From: Callorhinchus milii
Lineage: Eukaryota
Assembly: GCF_018977255.1 (NCBI RefSeq)
Contig: NW_024704749.1
Coordinates: 3,162,001 to 3,226,000, forward strand
Direction of reading: 5' to 3'
Length of the DNA: 64,000 nucleotides
Every line of letters begins with the position of its first letter. The stretch's first letter is position 1. A program made the position numbers and the translations under genes. The notes beneath the pieces are model-generated. The model searched no databases. It was not told the DNA's origin and saw only the letters and a program-made list of their open reading frames with translations. Shown in pieces: positions 60,697 through 64,000 of this stretch.

Positions 60697-61824
60697 AAGT
60701 TGTTCTTGTTTTAACGATCAACCACAGGAAAAACAGTCTGTGGAACCCCATTTCCTATTATTGGTGGTTCAGTGGTTTACAGCCTAGACTGAAGCTGGAT
60801 AGCTATCATAGTCCGCACAATTTTAAACAAAAAACACCCATCTGAAGCACCATTTAGTCATTAGATGCCTCTTCTGCCTTCACTATCCACCAGGCAATCG
60901 GTGACACTGACCGAGCAAATGGCAGAAAAACGACAGAAATAGGGTTGAGCACAAAGTCATCTGTGATTCAGGCTTCAGCAGCTACATTAGCTTCAGGTAT
61001 TTCAGACACGACTGGGGTTCCACGAAACAGGATGTAATTGCATTCAAGAATAACATATTATTGTACAAACAGCATGATGTCAAAGCTTGAAGAGTGCAGT
61101 GGCATACGCTGTCAACACCTTCACTTGGGTAGTACTTGTCTTCCCATTATACGCACAGACTAAACCCAGTACTGCTATGCTGGCACCAAGCAGGTTTCTT
61201 CCAATACAACACAGTGGTTGAAATTGGCAACAGCAACAGGCCAAATGATTAACAAGAGGTGTGCAGGGCACATTATAAATAGCATTTCAAGGCTGTAACC
61301 TAATGCTGAGTTCAGAGCACATTCACAAAGCAGTTTAGTTGTTCTTCATGCCAGAAGAATCCTCTTGTTTAGATTACAGCTTATAAATCACTTCTTGCTG
61401 ACTATTATTCGCAGTATAACTACGCTTCACTCAGCAGTCAGACCAGAGGAACAAATTCTTCAACAAAAATGAGAGATTGGAAATGACCAGTTTAATTCAA
61501 AGAATGATTTGTTGCTAATGCTTCAGCACCTTGGGACGTCCTCCTGATGTGAAAGGCGCTATTCAAATGTAATCTTGTTGTTGTAATGTTGATCAAAAAG
61601 TTGAACATATCTGAATACGAAGCACACCACAAATCCATTCTCCATGTTGGAGTGAATAAGTTAGTGTTTTTTAGCAACTGGTCCAAAGAGCAGGACCAAT
61701 CTACAATAACTTCAACAACTGACAAGTTCTTTCACTAAAGATGTGCCATACTTCCCCCCCAAAACCTGAATCGGACCCTGGTATCAAAGAGTAGAAAAAT
61801 ATTGGACTGGATAAATGCTACATT

Positions 61825-62114
61825 ATATAATCCTTGCTTTTGATATAGCGCTTTTCACGTCTTCTAGACGTCTCAAAGCGCTTCACAGAATAGACTGTAA
61901 AGTGAATTGACTATATTTGTGGACGAAATGCGGCAGCCATTTGCACACAGCAGTGTCCCACAAACAGTCGTGACCAATTTATTATTTTTTTCTTGAGGGA
62001 TTATTATCAGGCTTGTGGAGTAAGGAAACTTGCCCAAGGTTCACACTGCTGGGAATCGAACCCAGGTCTCTCACTTGCAAAGTGAGTGCTCTAACCACTG
62101 AGCTACAGGACTCC
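61825..62114 (-). mobile_element. Full-length SINE, short subfamily
   Basis: Same head and tail as 60369-60696. Confidence 0.85.
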
Positions 62115-62147
62115 ATACCAATTCTGCCAATATTACCAATTCTGTTC

Positions 62148-62390
62148 AACAACAACAACAAAATTATATTTGTATAGCGCCTTTCACGTCAGGAAGACGT
62201 CCCAAGTCGCTGGACAGACAGTCATGGGCCCAAGCCGGCGGTCGGGGAGAGAGGAGGGCATGGGTGAAGCAGAGAGATCGAAAGCCCGGTCGAAGAGGAG
62301 GGTCTTGAGGTGGGTCTTGAAGGTTGCGAGGGAGGGGGTGAGTTGAAGCGACTGTGGGATGGAGGTCCACAGGATGGATGCAGAATGGCT
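62148..62390 (-). mobile_element. L2 3' fragment
   Basis: (CAA)n then tatagcgcctttcacgtcaggaagacgtccc. Confidence 0.85.
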
Positions 62391-64000
62391 GTTGAGACTC
62401 AAATTTAAATGAGAACACACAAGTTTAAAACAGCCACATATCACAGAATTAAGTGAGCAAGAGCCCACATCACTACTGAACTGCAACAACTCTTATTCCT
62501 GACTAAAATTAACTTCAGTAACCAAGCAAGTAATCTTTACCTTGAATAGAAACTCCTCACATTTGCACACAGAGGCCGAAACTCTATGTTTGTCAGGAAG
62601 TCACAGATAGGTCCTCCTAGTGCTTACTGAAAATGCATGATGCTGACCCACAGATAACCCTATTTCAAAACATTACTTGCTATATGCACATTGGCTGCCG
62701 TGTTTGCCTACAAATACATAGTCATTACACGTTGCAGTAAAAATCTGTGAAAACTAGTTGAGATGTCTCAATGATAATGATGAAGCGCTATATCAAATGC
62801 AAGTATTATTATTAATATTTATTATTTATTATTAGTAATACTACTTAATACTACTTCAGGTACATCCGAGCATTGTTCCACGGGTCAGATTAATGTGAAT
62901 CATGTTGACAGCAGGAGCCCATATTTGCAACTGCCGGAGATGAATAGACCCCAATGAGTAATTGTTACCATGCCAAACAAAACTTCCACATGGTCGCACA
63001 TTCAGTGTCCCTTATCCTGTTGAATGAACCGGAACCAGTACAGGAATACAATAGATCGTAGTTGGGTGGATATTCTAAGTAAAACTTTAACTGATGAACA
63101 CGAACACTGGAGTCGAGGTGCAACCCACTCACTCCCTGTGTGTACCTATACATGTAAGATCACCATAACCCCTCCGTTATATAAAGAAAGTCTGCAAGGT
63201 GTGCAGCACTCCATATTGGAGGATTGAGCTTTATTCTGACAACACAAAAACCTAATGATAACTACAAACAGTTTGTTTGGACTGCACTGGTGTGCGCTGA
63301 TGCTCTAATGTATAGACCGGCTGTCCCTGCCCACAGCAGGATAAACAGCTGCATTCCTACATTAATCAAAACGTAATATTTAAATGTTGCCAAAAACACA
63401 CCCACAGGTTTCAGTCTTTTCACTGCTTGTCAGTACTCGCAGTGTGTACATCCAGAAAAGGTTGAGAGCCTGAGGGAGAGAGCAAATGATCCAGAGCAAG
63501 AAAGTGAAGGAGACAAACTGCATACCAACAAGCCCAGACAGGAGTCACATTTGTATCCCCTACATGGACATCCCTGAACCCACACAATTACCTGCCCACT
63601 TACAAAGCAGCAGTACAGTCAGGTCTCAATGGCTTCCAACAAGTCTGATTTTTTTTATAAAACAAAATGTAACCGCTTTTTGTGCGCGTGTGGCTTTATA
63701 GCCCTCAATTAATTTCAGCAGGTTTTGAAATCATGTCATCTTTCCTCAAAAATGTAGTACTATAGCTTCAGATCTGCTACATGTATGTGGACAAAATAAC
63801 CTGGATAGTAGCCCCAGAGACCAAAATGTATACTTGCAGAGTAACAAATATGAGGGATTCTTTACTATGATCACAATGGAGATGCCACAGAATAAGTTCA
63901 ACATTAAGAGCTGAACATCTTTATGGCAGCCTGACAGCTCCGGCATAAATTATAAAATAGACAATAATAGAACTAGAATCAAAAATTGTGAAGCAGATGG

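Noticed and set aside
868-62114. Recurrent near-identical segments as a CRISPR-like or programmed array
   Set aside because: Dispersed, both orientations, 5'-truncated with microsatellite tails: retroposons in a vertebrate genome

Overview
Vertebrate genomic DNA, most likely a cartilaginous fish and probably a chimaera (inferred from the SINE, L2 and CR1 repeats; not proven). It holds three spliced genes. (1) 2503-7673 (+): a six-exon, 267-aa type I receptor with leader, one IgV domain with a CD28/CTLA4-like FG loop (EILTPPF...GNGS), TM and three cytoplasmic Tyr motifs (TIYASL, VEYSDL, TIYSKL). This is a PD-1/BTLA-like inhibitory receptor that the ORF track shows only in fragments. (2) RPLP0 (-), complete, 313 aa, with a 5' TOP exon, a CpG-island promoter with six CCAAT boxes and a candidate intronic H/ACA snoRNA. 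(3) Paxillin (-), coding exons 2 to last; exon 1 was not found and is probably beyond 64000. It includes four cassette exons adding about 680 aa, one with a frame discontinuity, and three GC splice donors. Repeats include a 5'-truncated but uninterrupted L2 ORF2 (about 11950-14690), tRNA-derived SINEs sharing the L2 3' tail, older Deu-type SINE relics and CR1 fragments. No prokaryotic or CRISPR features. All homology calls are by motif recognition from memory; no searches were run.
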